56,794 nucleotides of DNA from Rhizaria sp. SCN 62-66 (Eukaryota): assembly GCA_001724265.1 (NCBI GenBank), contig MEDY01000173.1:1-56794 (forward strand). The letters run 5' to 3'. Below the pieces are notes generated by a model, which was not told where the DNA came from, ran no database searches, and worked only from the letters and a program-made list of their open reading frames with translations. The stretch's first letter is position 1, and the number at the start of each line of letters is the position of its first letter. Of this stretch, positions 12,711-23,300 are shown piece after piece. A program made the translations under genes and the position numbers.

Positions 12711-13368
12711 AAATACAATACCATATATTTTAATATTATATTTTTGTTTTAAATTACTTATTTTAGTATAACATTATTTTAGTAATCAATTTAATTTATC
12801 GATTAATAATTGCAATTGTAGACGCAAAAAAAACTTGAAAACATTTAATAGGGGTTTTATATAAGCTATCTTTCAAGAAAATAACTTATTGAGTCAAATA
12901 AATATCTTCCCCTCAAATATGTTCTAGAAATCAAAATAAAAAGATACATAAAAAATAAAATTTATATCTGATTATTATATCATATAAAAAATTATTACAG
13001 CTAATTATATTTATGAACAAAAAATAAAAAGAACTATATTGAAATAAAATATTATGGCATGTAAAAAATAAAATTGAATGTAATATATTTATTAATTAAT
13101 ATTCATTGTATACAGCACAATTTTTGCTATGTTTGTGACCTTACTCTTAGCTTCTGCGATTTAAGTGTGTGAATTGAGCAAGTGTGGGAGGAAAGCACGC
13201 TCTGTTTTTGCTTTGTTGGAGTTTTATCGCATTTAAAACATATATCTGCTAGTTAGAAGCCAGTATCAACATGTTTCATTTTGAAGCGCAGAGATTCATA
13301 TTAATAACGCGGACGCTGGTGACTTGAAGCGAAGTGTGACCTGACGGTTTCCATGTAAGCTTTTTTTG

Positions 13369-13397
13369 TATCAGGGCACGATATATCAGGGCACGAT
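13369..13397. repeat. 15-bp tandem duplication TATCAGGGCACGATA
   Basis: One full and one 14-nt adjacent copy read directly; related CAGGGTACGA at 13471-13480. Confidence 0.8.
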
Positions 13398-13544
13398 CAA
13401 ATATTTATCATAGTGGCAGTGACCGCGACAGCGACGTTGATCTCAGGGACATGGTTATCAACCATCTGAACAGGGTACGACAATGATCTATCGCAACTAT
13501 GTTTTTGAGGAAGCTTCATGTATTACTAGTATACATTTTGTATA

Positions 13545-13615
13545 GTACATGTATATACGTACGTACATTGTACGTCGTACGTACGTATTACGTACGGATG
13601 TACAATGTTGTACTA
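13545..13615. repeat. Cluster of GTAC/TACGTA palindromic repeats
   Basis: gtacatgtatatacgtacgtacattgtacgtcgtacgtacgtattacgtacggatgtacaatgttgtac. Confidence 0.75.
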
Positions 13616-14163
13616 CGATCAAGTAGGACGTAGAAACTTCTACAAGCACGGGAGCGATGGTCACCTGAGCCAGCAAACCGCCTGACCATGGTGAGGTGTT
13701 CCTCAGTAGGATGAATTATAACTTGATGTCTTTGATTGGCTTTGCAAAACTCTAGAGAGTGATACAAAAATTGGTTGCTCAAGTTGTAAGATATGATGTA
13801 TTAAGGCGATAAGCTTAAGCTTATAAAGCTGAACTAGTCATACATTCGCGAAAGAATGACAGAGTTCGCAATGACTACAAAAATATTACAATACATACAG
13901 TATCCAAAAAGCACTGTCATGAAGCGCACATTCTCACCGTCAACACGTGATGAGCAGGCCAACATCTAGTTATTCGGAACAAAAACCAAAGCAAAGCGAA
14001 ATCAAAGGCAGCAAGTTTTTCTTAAAAAAATAGCAACAACAAAGCACATAAAGAGTAACACAGAAACAAGCTTAGCTGCATGGATACGTGTCAATACAAC
14101 AAATAAGAAGAGCAAAGGAACAGAGCACACTAAGTGTTTTGAGTAGCGACAGATGAAACTAGT

Positions 14164-17001
14164 TTACGCGTCTTGGGGCGGCATGTACGACGGTGGATAC
14201 GCGAACGAGCGGTTCGAGGGGGACGGCGCTGGCGCCTGCGCGGGCGCCTGTGCCGGCTCGGGCGCGGCGCCGCCGTAGGGCCGGCCCTCGACCACGGGCG
14301 GCGCCGCGTACGGCGGCGGCTGCTCGGAATCGTTGCTGTCGTTATTGCCGGCGGGCGGGCCGATGTACGAGGGCGGCAGGGCGTAGTTCTGCTGCTGCTG
14401 CTGCGGCCGCGGCTGCTGCTGCGGCTGGGACTGCTGGTGGAAGCGCTGCGCACGCTGCTGGCGCACGTTCTCGGGCGCGTGGTGCGAGTTCATGTTAGTC
14501 ATCTGAACGCCTTCGTTGCCGAGGCGCGCGCCGCCGGCGCTGCCACCAGCGCCCGCCTGACCGTTTTGCGCCGCGGTGGCTGCGGCGGCGCGCGCCTCGA
14601 GTTGCGCGGCCTGGTAGGCCTTCGCGCGCTGGCGGCGCTTGTGGCGCGTGTAGAGCATACACGAAGCGCAAAGGATAATAGCGCAGGCGGCGACGACGAT
14701 GATAACAATGATGATCACGCCCGCTTCGTCGTCGTCACCGCTGTCGCCGTCGCCGCCGCCGCCGCTGTCGTCGTCAGTACCCGCGTCGGAGGTTTCGGCC
14801 ATGAGGCCCGCGCGGCCAAAGTTGAAGACGCTGGGGCAGGCCGCGCCCGAGGCGCAGAGCGGGTCGCTGAAGCCCACGCCGTAGGGCGTCACAGCCTTCT
14901 GCAGCAGTGACCCGCGCGTGAGCGCCCCCACAGTGCCCTGCGCCGCGCCGCGCTGCAGCGCCGCGGCGCCCGCGTACACGGCCAGCAGGGCCTGGTCTGC
15001 TGCAGCCACCGTCAGCGCAGGCAGCGTCACGTTCTGCCAGTCCGCCGCCGCGTCCAGCGCAGCAGCCGCCATCGAGGGCGAGAACGCGCTGGGCAGAGCG
15101 GCGGCTGCGGAAGCGGCGGAGTCGGAGGCGGAGTCAGTGACAAGCCCGTCGGCGGGCCCGACGCGCGCGAGCCCCAGCGTGGCGGCGAAGGCCTCGGCGT
15201 CGGCCAGACACGCGGCGTCGGCCACGCGCAGCGTCGCGCGCAGGTAGAAAACCCGGCCGACGCTGTAGGGCGTGAAGGCGCCGAAGGTGACGGTCAGCGC
15301 GCCGGGGCTGCCCGCGGCGTCGAAGGCCTCCTGCAGCTGCTTCGTGACGCCCGCGGCGGCTGTCGCGCGCAGCCAACGGTACGCGCCCGCGGGCTCCGCG
15401 TCGGGGGCCGCCATGGCGGCGGCGTCGATGGGCCCGTAGAAGGCCGCGGCGACCTGCGCCTGCCACGTGAGGAACACGGTCACCTCGCGGCACGCGCATG
15501 TGGGCCCCGTGAAGCCGTCCTTGCACACGCACTGCGTGCAGCCCGCGTCGGGCGCGCCGGCGTTGCGGCACTAGCCCGCCAGCGCGCACACGTCGCAGAG
15601 AGCGCCCGTCCACTGCGCGGGGCACGCGCAGGCACCGCAGAGCAAGCCGTCGGCGCCGCCCAGCGCGCGCAGCGCCCCGTTGGCGCAGACCGCGGGCGGC
15701 GCGGGGCTGAGCGCCTCGCAGGCGGTGACCAGCTCGCAGCGGGCGCCCGCGAAGCCTTCCTTGCACACGCACGTCACGGCGCCGTCCTCGGCAACGGCGC
15801 TGCTTTCGGTGCGGTCCGGCTCGCAGGCGGGCGCCGTCGCGGTCTCGCAGGCCGCGCCCGTGTAGCCCGCGTCGCATACGCACCCGCCCGCGCCGCCGTC
15901 GCAGACGCCGTGCGCGCCGCACAGCGCCAAGCCGGCCGCGGGCGCGCACCAGGGCTGCAACTTCAGCAGTTCCGTCGAGTCCGCCACGGCGCCGCCGATG
16001 CGCGCCGTGAGCGTGACCTTGGCGGCGGCGGGCAGTGACAGCGGCAACGTGACCTCGACCTCGCGCAGCACGGGGTCCACCAGCGCCAGCTGCAGTGGCG
16101 CGCCAAAGGCCAACTCCACGGTGTCCGCGCCCGCGTCCGCAGAGCCGTTGTAGGCGTTGGGCGTGATGACGCCGGCGTCGAACCCCAGCCAGACGCGCGA
16201 GCCGGTCGAGGCGGGGATGTTGAAGTCCCAGCGCAGCTTGACGCGTGCGCCGCCCGTGAGCGTGTCGGTCACAGAGTCCTAATTCACGTCGAAGGCCAAC
16301 AGGTTGCTGATCACGGGGTTCAGGCTGCACGCGTCGTCGTCGTCGTCCATGGCGGTCCCCGAGGCGGGGCTGCATGCGCAGGCCGCCGCGGCCGTGCACG
16401 CCAGCGCCGCGGGCGGCTGCAGCTCGGCGGCGCAGGCCGTGGCGGCATCGCCGGCGGGCGCGCCCGTGGCGGGGTCCACGCACGTTAGCGCGCGCGCGAA
16501 CGTCGCCGCCGCGCCGCAGGCGGCCGCGGGACTCGCGGGGGTGCCGTCAGCGGCGGCGTCGCAGGCCGCGAAGGCCGCCGTCGAGGTGCACGCGCCCAGC
16601 GTCGCCGAGCCGGGGGCCGCGGGGCAGCCCCAGGCGCCGGTGCAAGACGAGGCGCTGTAGCAGGCCACCGACGCCGCAGGCTGCGCGAAGGGGCAGTACT
16701 CGGCGTCCACGGCGGCGCTGTCCTCGGCGGACACGCAGGCGACCTCGCGCTCGCGCGTGCCAGCGCCGCACGTCGTGGAGCACGCAACGCCAGAAAGCGG
16801 CAGTGTCGCGCAGTCGACGTAGGGCGCGTCGGCGGCGGCGTCGGCCGCACGGCACATCCACGAGAAGGGGATCACGCCCGCGTCGTCCGCGGCGGAGGCG
16901 GCGGGGAGGGGTGCGAGCAGCAGCGCAAGCAGGCAGAGGGCGAGGCTAGAGAGCAACATTGACAGAGGGCGGCTCCGCGCAGAAAAGGCGTGGGGCCGCA
17001 T
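14164..17001 (-). CDS. Type I membrane protein with signal peptide, TSP1-like repeats, EGF-like repeats, TM helix and PPxY tail; ~945 aa if two in-frame TAGs (16279-16281, 15571-15573) are decoded
   Basis: Track ORFs 16279..17163, 15571..16272 and 14164..15528 are one frame joined only by TAG codons: ...LAFDVN*DSVTDTL... and ...CDVCALAG*CRNAGAPDAGCTQCVCKDGFTGPTC. Signal peptide MLLSSLALCLLALLLAPLPAASA (alternative ATG 16959). TSP1 motif CSTTCGAGTREREVAC. EGF motifs C.C..G[YF].G..C. TM VIIIVIIVVAACAIILCASCMLY followed by RHKRR. Final stop TAA. Confidence 0.8.
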
Positions 17002-17915
17002 CGGGGCGCGAGGAGGCAGCGGGGCGGCGACGGCGCGGGGCAGGGGCGAGATGAAGGCTGCAAGTGGCGTGGGTTTAGAGTTGCTTCGTGGTGACGAGTC
17101 TATCAGAACAGGGAAGGGAGGATTGGACAGGATAAGTGAGGATTGAGATGTTATTGGCTTCAAGAACCCGCTATTAACAGCCGTTTCTTGAAACTATGCA
17201 GTGAAACAGTCCGCAGCAAGGCCTACTGTGATCACTGTACGCCTTTGACGTTAGCTAGATATGAGTTGGTCGGTTTGAAGGACCGGTGTGAGCATATCAG
17301 CATATGACATGATAAACGGCAGGTAGAAGAGTAAAACAAATTAGTAAATCTAAAAAATTCCACACAACCCACTAAAACCCATGTTGCAGCACTCAGTCAC
17401 GTCTGAATACTCTGATACACGAATATTTATTGTGGCGTTAAAGCAGGAGAGTTAGCAACGGTACTGCGCAAAGGAGCGTCGTTGTAAGCATATTCGAGTT
17501 GTTTATTGTTGTTATACGGGCTTCTTTGCGGCGTACAAGCGGTTACAGACATAATATATTCACCCAGCAAAGCATATACTCCGTGTTTTCCACTCACCTA
17601 TTCTCAATGGCGCTTGTATCTCATGGAATCTCATCCCAAGGGAGGAAGCTCACGATTTTTGCGCGCAGCCAAGTCTGTCAAACAGAACGCGTTGCTGCAT
17701 ATGCAGAGGTATAGACACAGTTGATCATGCATTGCTTCACTTCACACACACAACATTGATTCACAGCACAATATATAGCGTAGTTCGTTTCATTTTGTTC
17801 TTCTTTTTGCGTTCTTTTTACAATTCTCTTCATTCACTTCCTGTTCTCACTAAGCTAACTAGTCCTCTTAGGTTTCTAGTTTACTTTCACATGTTCACGC
17901 CCGCCACCCGCGCGC

Positions 17916-18986
17916 TCACACGCGCGCGTACCCGCCCTTGTCCGCGGCGGCGGTGGTGTTGGTCGCGCCCGCGTGGTTGTCGATGTCCATCCAGGGCCCG
18001 AAGCGGTACGTGCCGGCGTCCTCGTCGGCGTTGGCGCCGTTGACCGGCAGCAGCCAGGTCAGCGGCGGGCCCATCACGTGGCGCAGGTTCAGGTACGTAG
18101 AGCCCAGGTCGAACTTGATGTTAGCGATCTCCCAGCGGCGGCGGATCGTCTCGTCGCGAGAGTTGTGCTTCTCCTTGTGCTCGATCGTAGTCATGGCGCG
18201 CGCCACCAGTGTCAGGTGGTAGATGAAGAAGTTGATCAGCACGCCCGCGAGGAAGACGGTGAGCACGTAGGCCAGGATTACGGGCAGGTCCCACTGCAGG
18301 AACAGCGACCAGGAGTGGAAGGCCTTGAACACGTTGATGAAGCGCGGCATCATGGCGCCCACGACGAAGACGAGCGTGACGCATACGTACAACAGCAGGA
18401 GCAGGAAGTACTTGTAGTTGGCGTAGCCGATGCAGTTGCTAACCCAGGGGCAGTGGTGGTCCATGCGCAGCACGCAGCGGCCGCACATGGAGCAGTGGTG
18501 CGTGCGGTCCGGCTTGAAGGTGCAGCACAGCTTGCAGTAGCGGAACTTGCCCGATTGCTGCTTGCGCTCCACCACGGGCAGCTGCCTGATCACATCGCGG
18601 TCCTCGTCCGTGATCGCCTCGGCCGGGTCCGCGATCAGCGAACGCACCACGGCGTTGTGGCGCTCCAGGATGACGAAGTCGCCCTCCTTCCAGAAGGACG
18701 TTTGCGGAATGTAGCCGGGCGAGGTCAACATGGTGCGCGCGTAGCAGGCAATAATCATGAGGAAGAGCACGTGGAACACGGCCATCAGCGCGGCCACCTC
18801 GGCGGTCGAGCCGTGCACCACGTGCGGGTCCGCGGGCGCCTCGCCGGGGGCCAGCTGCAGCCGCTGGATCTGGGGGATCATGTTGTGCGTGAGAAAGATG
18901 GTGTAGATGCCGAAGATCACGACGAAGACCAGCGCCGGGTAGATAAAGCGGCACGAGGAGCCCTTCTTGGACGCGGCCTGACACAT
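17916..18986 (-). CDS. DHHC-type protein S-acyltransferase (palmitoyltransferase), 356 aa
   Basis: Canonical DHHC-CRD: C..C...KPDRTHHCSMCGRCVLRMDHHCPWVSNCIGYANYKYF. Also TSPG (DPG-like), TTIE motif, FDLG...NL..VMG and four TM segments. Stop TGA. Confidence 0.97.
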   Translation of the reverse strand: MCQAASKKGSSCRFIYPALVFVVIFGIYTIFLTHNMIPQIQRLQLAPGEAPADPHVVHGSTAEVAALMAVFHVLFLMIIACYARTMLTSPGYIPQTSFWKEGDFVILERHNAVVRSLIADPAEAITDEDRDVIRQLPVVERKQQSGKFRYCKLCCTFKPDRTHHCSMCGRCVLRMDHHCPWVSNCIGYANYKYFLLLLLYVCVTLVFVVGAMMPRFINVFKAFHSWSLFLQWDLPVILAYVLTVFLAGVLINFFIYHLTLVARAMTTIEHKEKHNSRDETIRRRWEIANIKFDLGSTYLNLRHVMGPPLTWLLPVNGANADEDAGTYRFGPWMDIDNHAGATNTTAAADKGGYARV

Positions 18987-20349
18987 CGTTGCGAGCGTGA
19001 TGAAACAAGGCTCGGTGAAGCGAGGCGAAGTTAGAGTAAAGTGTGCTTGTTGCTGTTCTTAGTGTTGGCTTGAAAAGAGCAAAGTTTGTTGTAGCGTTGA
19101 TCAATCCACGACGAACTTGCTTGCTGTTATTTTGTTTACTTACTCACTCGTGAACACACGTGCTTGCTTTGAGTTTGCTTTTACTATGTAGCAAAGCAAG
19201 CAATGTGTTAAAGAGATATGAAGTTAGAGTTGCTGCTGCTGCTGCTGTTGTGTTGCAATGCAGTGCACAAAAGAGGCAGAGACGACGGATGCACAACAGG
19301 TGCACACGCACAGAAGCTGCGTCGGGCTAGCGAAGCTGCTGCTGCTGCTGCTGTTACTGGCGAGGTTGCAACGAGCCTGAGCCGAGGAGTGGGCTGGCGG
19401 AGTGGGAGCGCGCGGCCGCTGCGGAGGAGAAAGAGAAGGAAAGAGGAGAATTGAACGGAATACAAGGGGATGAGCAAAAAGAATATTACATTTAAAAGAG
19501 TATATCTGAAGCTTGAAGCAAAAATTAGGTATATGGCCGAGATATAGTCCTGAGAGGCAGAGTGAACAGAAGCTCAGTCGAGGCCTTCGGAAGAAATCAA
19601 GAACGGCGCTGAGGAAGAGCTTAATAAGCAGTGCAAGTGCCAAAACCAGCGCACAGAGGGGCAAATGCGTAGTATAGACACATAAGCAGTGCACATAGCG
19701 TGTTGGAGGCGACTTGCACGCACAAGCAAGGGACGGAAGGGACGGGTACAGGGAGGCTAGTGTGGAGAGCTATCTTCTCAAAGAGAGAATAGGCCGGCAC
19801 CAGGCGTCCGAGAAGCGGCTCATAATAACGATTCCAGGCAACAACACCACACTGCACATCTTGACACAAAACAATATCGCGTATATTGATCTTCCTGACC
19901 CACATGACGCTCTTGACAAAGCAGACAAAGCATCCAGTTTCGATGATGAGCGGGGAGGCTGGTCGGTTCGTGAAAAATCGCCCTGCGAGCGATAGAGAGC
20001 GACGAAGTTGGTTGGAGGTGATGGGAAATATCTTCAAATGGGCTTGGGAATCGCGGGCTGCGTGGTTTAGCGTTGTGCACGCATTTCTAGGTAACGCTGT
20101 GAAGTTTGTTATTGTTTTTGTTGTTTTAGTACCTGAATTGTTGGCTATGTGCCGTGGCATGTGGGCTTTGTTTTGCTGATCTTTCGGCCGCGTGCAGCCA
20201 CCAACTGGTCCCGAGTCTCCGAGCCGCTCTGCGCCCTCCGTCCCGTCCCGTTTCTCACCCTCGTCTTTCGCCCCCTCTTGCCCCGCGCCTTTTGCAGCCT
20301 TTTAGCACACTTTCACTAAGCGTTTCCCTCGCTAGGTGTCCCGTGCGCG

Positions 20350-23300
20350 ATGAGTTTCGCGCTTGGAAAGGTACGTGGATTGCATCCAGCATCTAGGCGA
20401 AAGTGCCACTTCTTTCCCCGTTTCTCCCCTGCTACTTCTCTTCCCTCGCTCTCAACTTCCCCCTCCGCAATGCGCTTGCTACTCTCTCACTAATTCTCTA
20501 CCCCCACTCGTTTTGCGCCATATACCGAACAAATCCCCTCCACCTCGAATCCCCAAATCTCCGTTCCTGTCCCCGTTCGTTGCCCAGGTTCCATGCTGGC
20601 GGGACCCCTTCTTCTCGGACATCCTGCTCGATGGCTTCCTGCCCGCGCAGCCGGCTGACGCGACGTCTTTCTCGGTGATGGACTACTCCGCGCAGACGCT
20701 GGGCCAGGTGCTGGAGCGCGTGGCTGCGGCGCCCGAGCTCATGTCGTGCTTCGAGCGCGACGACGTGGCGCGCGTGCAGCAGGCCGCGGCCGCCATCCGC
20801 GACGTGCGCGAGCTCGCCGCGCGGCTGCCCGCTGAGGACAGCCCGCAGGCCGTGCGCGACTTCCTCGGCGACCTCGTGACGCGGATCCGGTCGATGCGCC
20901 AGGGCGAGTCGATCGTCATCCCGGCGGGATGGTTCAAGGGCCCCGAGCGTTCGCGCTTCTTCCTGGGCGACTCCTCCGCCTGCGCGCTGCCCGAGACCAT
21001 ATCGCGCGCGCAGGCCGTGGCCGCCGACCTCCGCAAGGACGGCAAGCTGAACCTGCTCAACACGATCCTGCTCGTCGTCACGCTCAAGCCCTCCCCCGTG
21101 GGCATGTGCACCTTCGCCGTGATCAACATGGACGAAGGGCTCGAGTACCACCCCGTCTCGTACATGGGCTCCGAGTCGCCCTCGGGCAAGAACCCGCCCC
21201 AGCTGCACCACCAGTTCGCCTTCCAGGTCGACAATGTGCCCGTGCTCCGCGTGCAGGACTCGTGGCTGTGGTACCTCATCTACCGCCTGCTGCTTTCGCC
21301 GCAGACCTTCGCCGACATGTCGCTCACGCCCGCACAGGCCCTCTACGAGCGCTTGCTGCCCGCGCTCAACAACCGGCCGCTGTACTGGAACACGGACCCG
21401 CGCCGCTTCGCGTTCGAGGACGCCGAGTTGACCGAGCTGGCGCTCACCGACGAGCAGCGTCTCGAACTCGCCGAGGACGACGACGACGACGTCGACGGCG
21501 ACGCCGCCGCAAGGCCCGCCGTGCGCGACGACGAAGGCATCGTCATGGCGCCCGCGGTCAAGCCCGCCGCGAAGCCCGCGACGGCGACGGCCGCCGAGGC
21601 GCTGGGCAAGGCCGCGGCTGCGGTCGGCGGGCTGGCGTCCAAGGCCAAGAAGGCCATGCAGAAGGTCTTCAAGCGCGGTGCCGAGCTCAGCGAGGAGAAG
21701 ATGCTCTCCGACAACCTGGGTCTGCCCTCTTTGTGGGCCACGCGGCCCGTCTGCGGCGACCCCCGCCGCTCGCACCTGCTGCTGGAGGCCGTGCGCTTCC
21801 TCTGTCTGGCGTCGATGGGCCCGGCCAAGGCGGACCACGTGATGTTGTGCGTGCGCTGGGAGCTGTGCCGCGCCGTGGAGCGCGACCTGGCGCTGGTGCG
21901 GCCCAACGGCTTCACGGCCTCGGACCGCGCGCGCGTGGCCTACGCCGTGCAGCGGCTGTGCGCCTTCGGCGGCCAGCGCCAGTTCCTGCCCAACCCCGTC
22001 ACGACGCTGGCACAGCTGGGCGAGCTGGTGGGCTTCGCGACGCGCATCGACGAGCACGCGACGCGGCTGCGCGACGTCATCACCAACGCCAACGTCAAGA
22101 ACGACGCCGTCAAGGCCGCGGCGACGACGGCGGGCGATGACGCGCCTTGGGAGACGCCAGTCGTGCCCCCCGAGCTGAGCTTCGGGAAGCAGGACGCGCT
22201 CGTGCCGTACCCGCTCTTCGACCGGCTGGACAACCGCGAGGACGTCGAGCGCTTCGCGGGCGCGGCCCCCGAGCCGACCATCTACCGGCCGATCGAGTTC
22301 ACGCTGGTGCCCGACGTGTGCCGCAACTACAACGACGTGCAGCTGGCGCTGAGGCACTGCGACCACTTGTGCACGCTTATGTCGTACCAAACCGAGACGA
22401 TCAAGAACACGTTCCTGCACCGCGTGTCCTTCATCCAGCACGTCTTCACGCGCGTTATCCCGCTGCCGCTGCCTGGCGGCCACCCTCACAAAGCCAAGCA
22501 CGACTTCTGGGTCGAGCCCCTCCGCTACTCGGACCAGGTACGAAAGAGAGATTTCACGCAATACTCCACTTGTTTCGGAGATATAACTATATATTTGTGT
22601 CTCTTTTTTTAAATGTGTGTTTTATAATTCAAAATGTATTTGCTCACACCTCTTTTTGATAACTTACGCTTTGCTGTTGTGTTTTCTTCCAGGTCGATAT
22701 CCTGAAGTCCCTGTCGCTGGTGGCGCGCCACTTCACGGCGTGCGCGCTGTCGATGACGGTGACGCGCGCGTTTGACGCGGCGCGCGTGCTCACGGTCTCC
22801 TGCATGGCCACCGTCGCCGACACCGTCGCGCGCGTGGTGGCCTGCGACGTGCCGTCCCGCTTCTCGATGCACCTGGACGGCGTGGGTGGCGGCCCCTTCG
22901 CGCGCGCGCCCTTCGGCTTCGACGTCTCGCGCTCCTTCGCGCTCCAGAGCGAGGCCCTGCACTTCACGGACCCGTACTTGGTGGCGATCCGCACCCAGGT
23001 GCTGGACTACTTCAAGGAGCAGCGCGCGCGCGTGCCCGACGACCACCTCATCTTCGACTGGACGCGCTCGCAGGACTGCGGCAACGAGGCCAAGCTTATG
23101 GAGCAGCTCTGCTGGGACATCGGCTTCCCCAAGAAGAACCTCGAGCTCTACCTCTCTGGCGAGCAGACCGAGATCCTCGACTTCTACCCCGAGCTGCGCT
23201 TCTACCGCGACATCGTCTACACGTTCAAGTACATGATGGCGCCCACGGCCGACGCGTTCCCGCCCGTGCGCGCGTACAACCAGACGCAGGCGCGCCTGGC

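Noticed and set aside
15571-16281. Pyrrolysine or selenocysteine insertion at the in-frame stops
   Set aside because: Sec uses UGA, Pyl is not established in eukaryotes, no pyl genes are in the window, and the sites are not catalytic.
15571-16287. GT...AG micro-introns (9 nt GTGAATTAG; 21 nt GTGTGCGCGCTGGCGGGCTAG) that would remove the two TAGs
   Set aside because: Verified introns here are 113-217 nt with GT(A/T)CG donors and pyrimidine tracts. Nine nt is below known spliceosomal limits, and removing the 21-mer would delete Cys1 of an EGF repeat.
19940-20180. U3 or box C/D snoRNA based on ATGATGA
   Set aside because: No convincing boxes A, B or D at proper spacing and no terminal stem.
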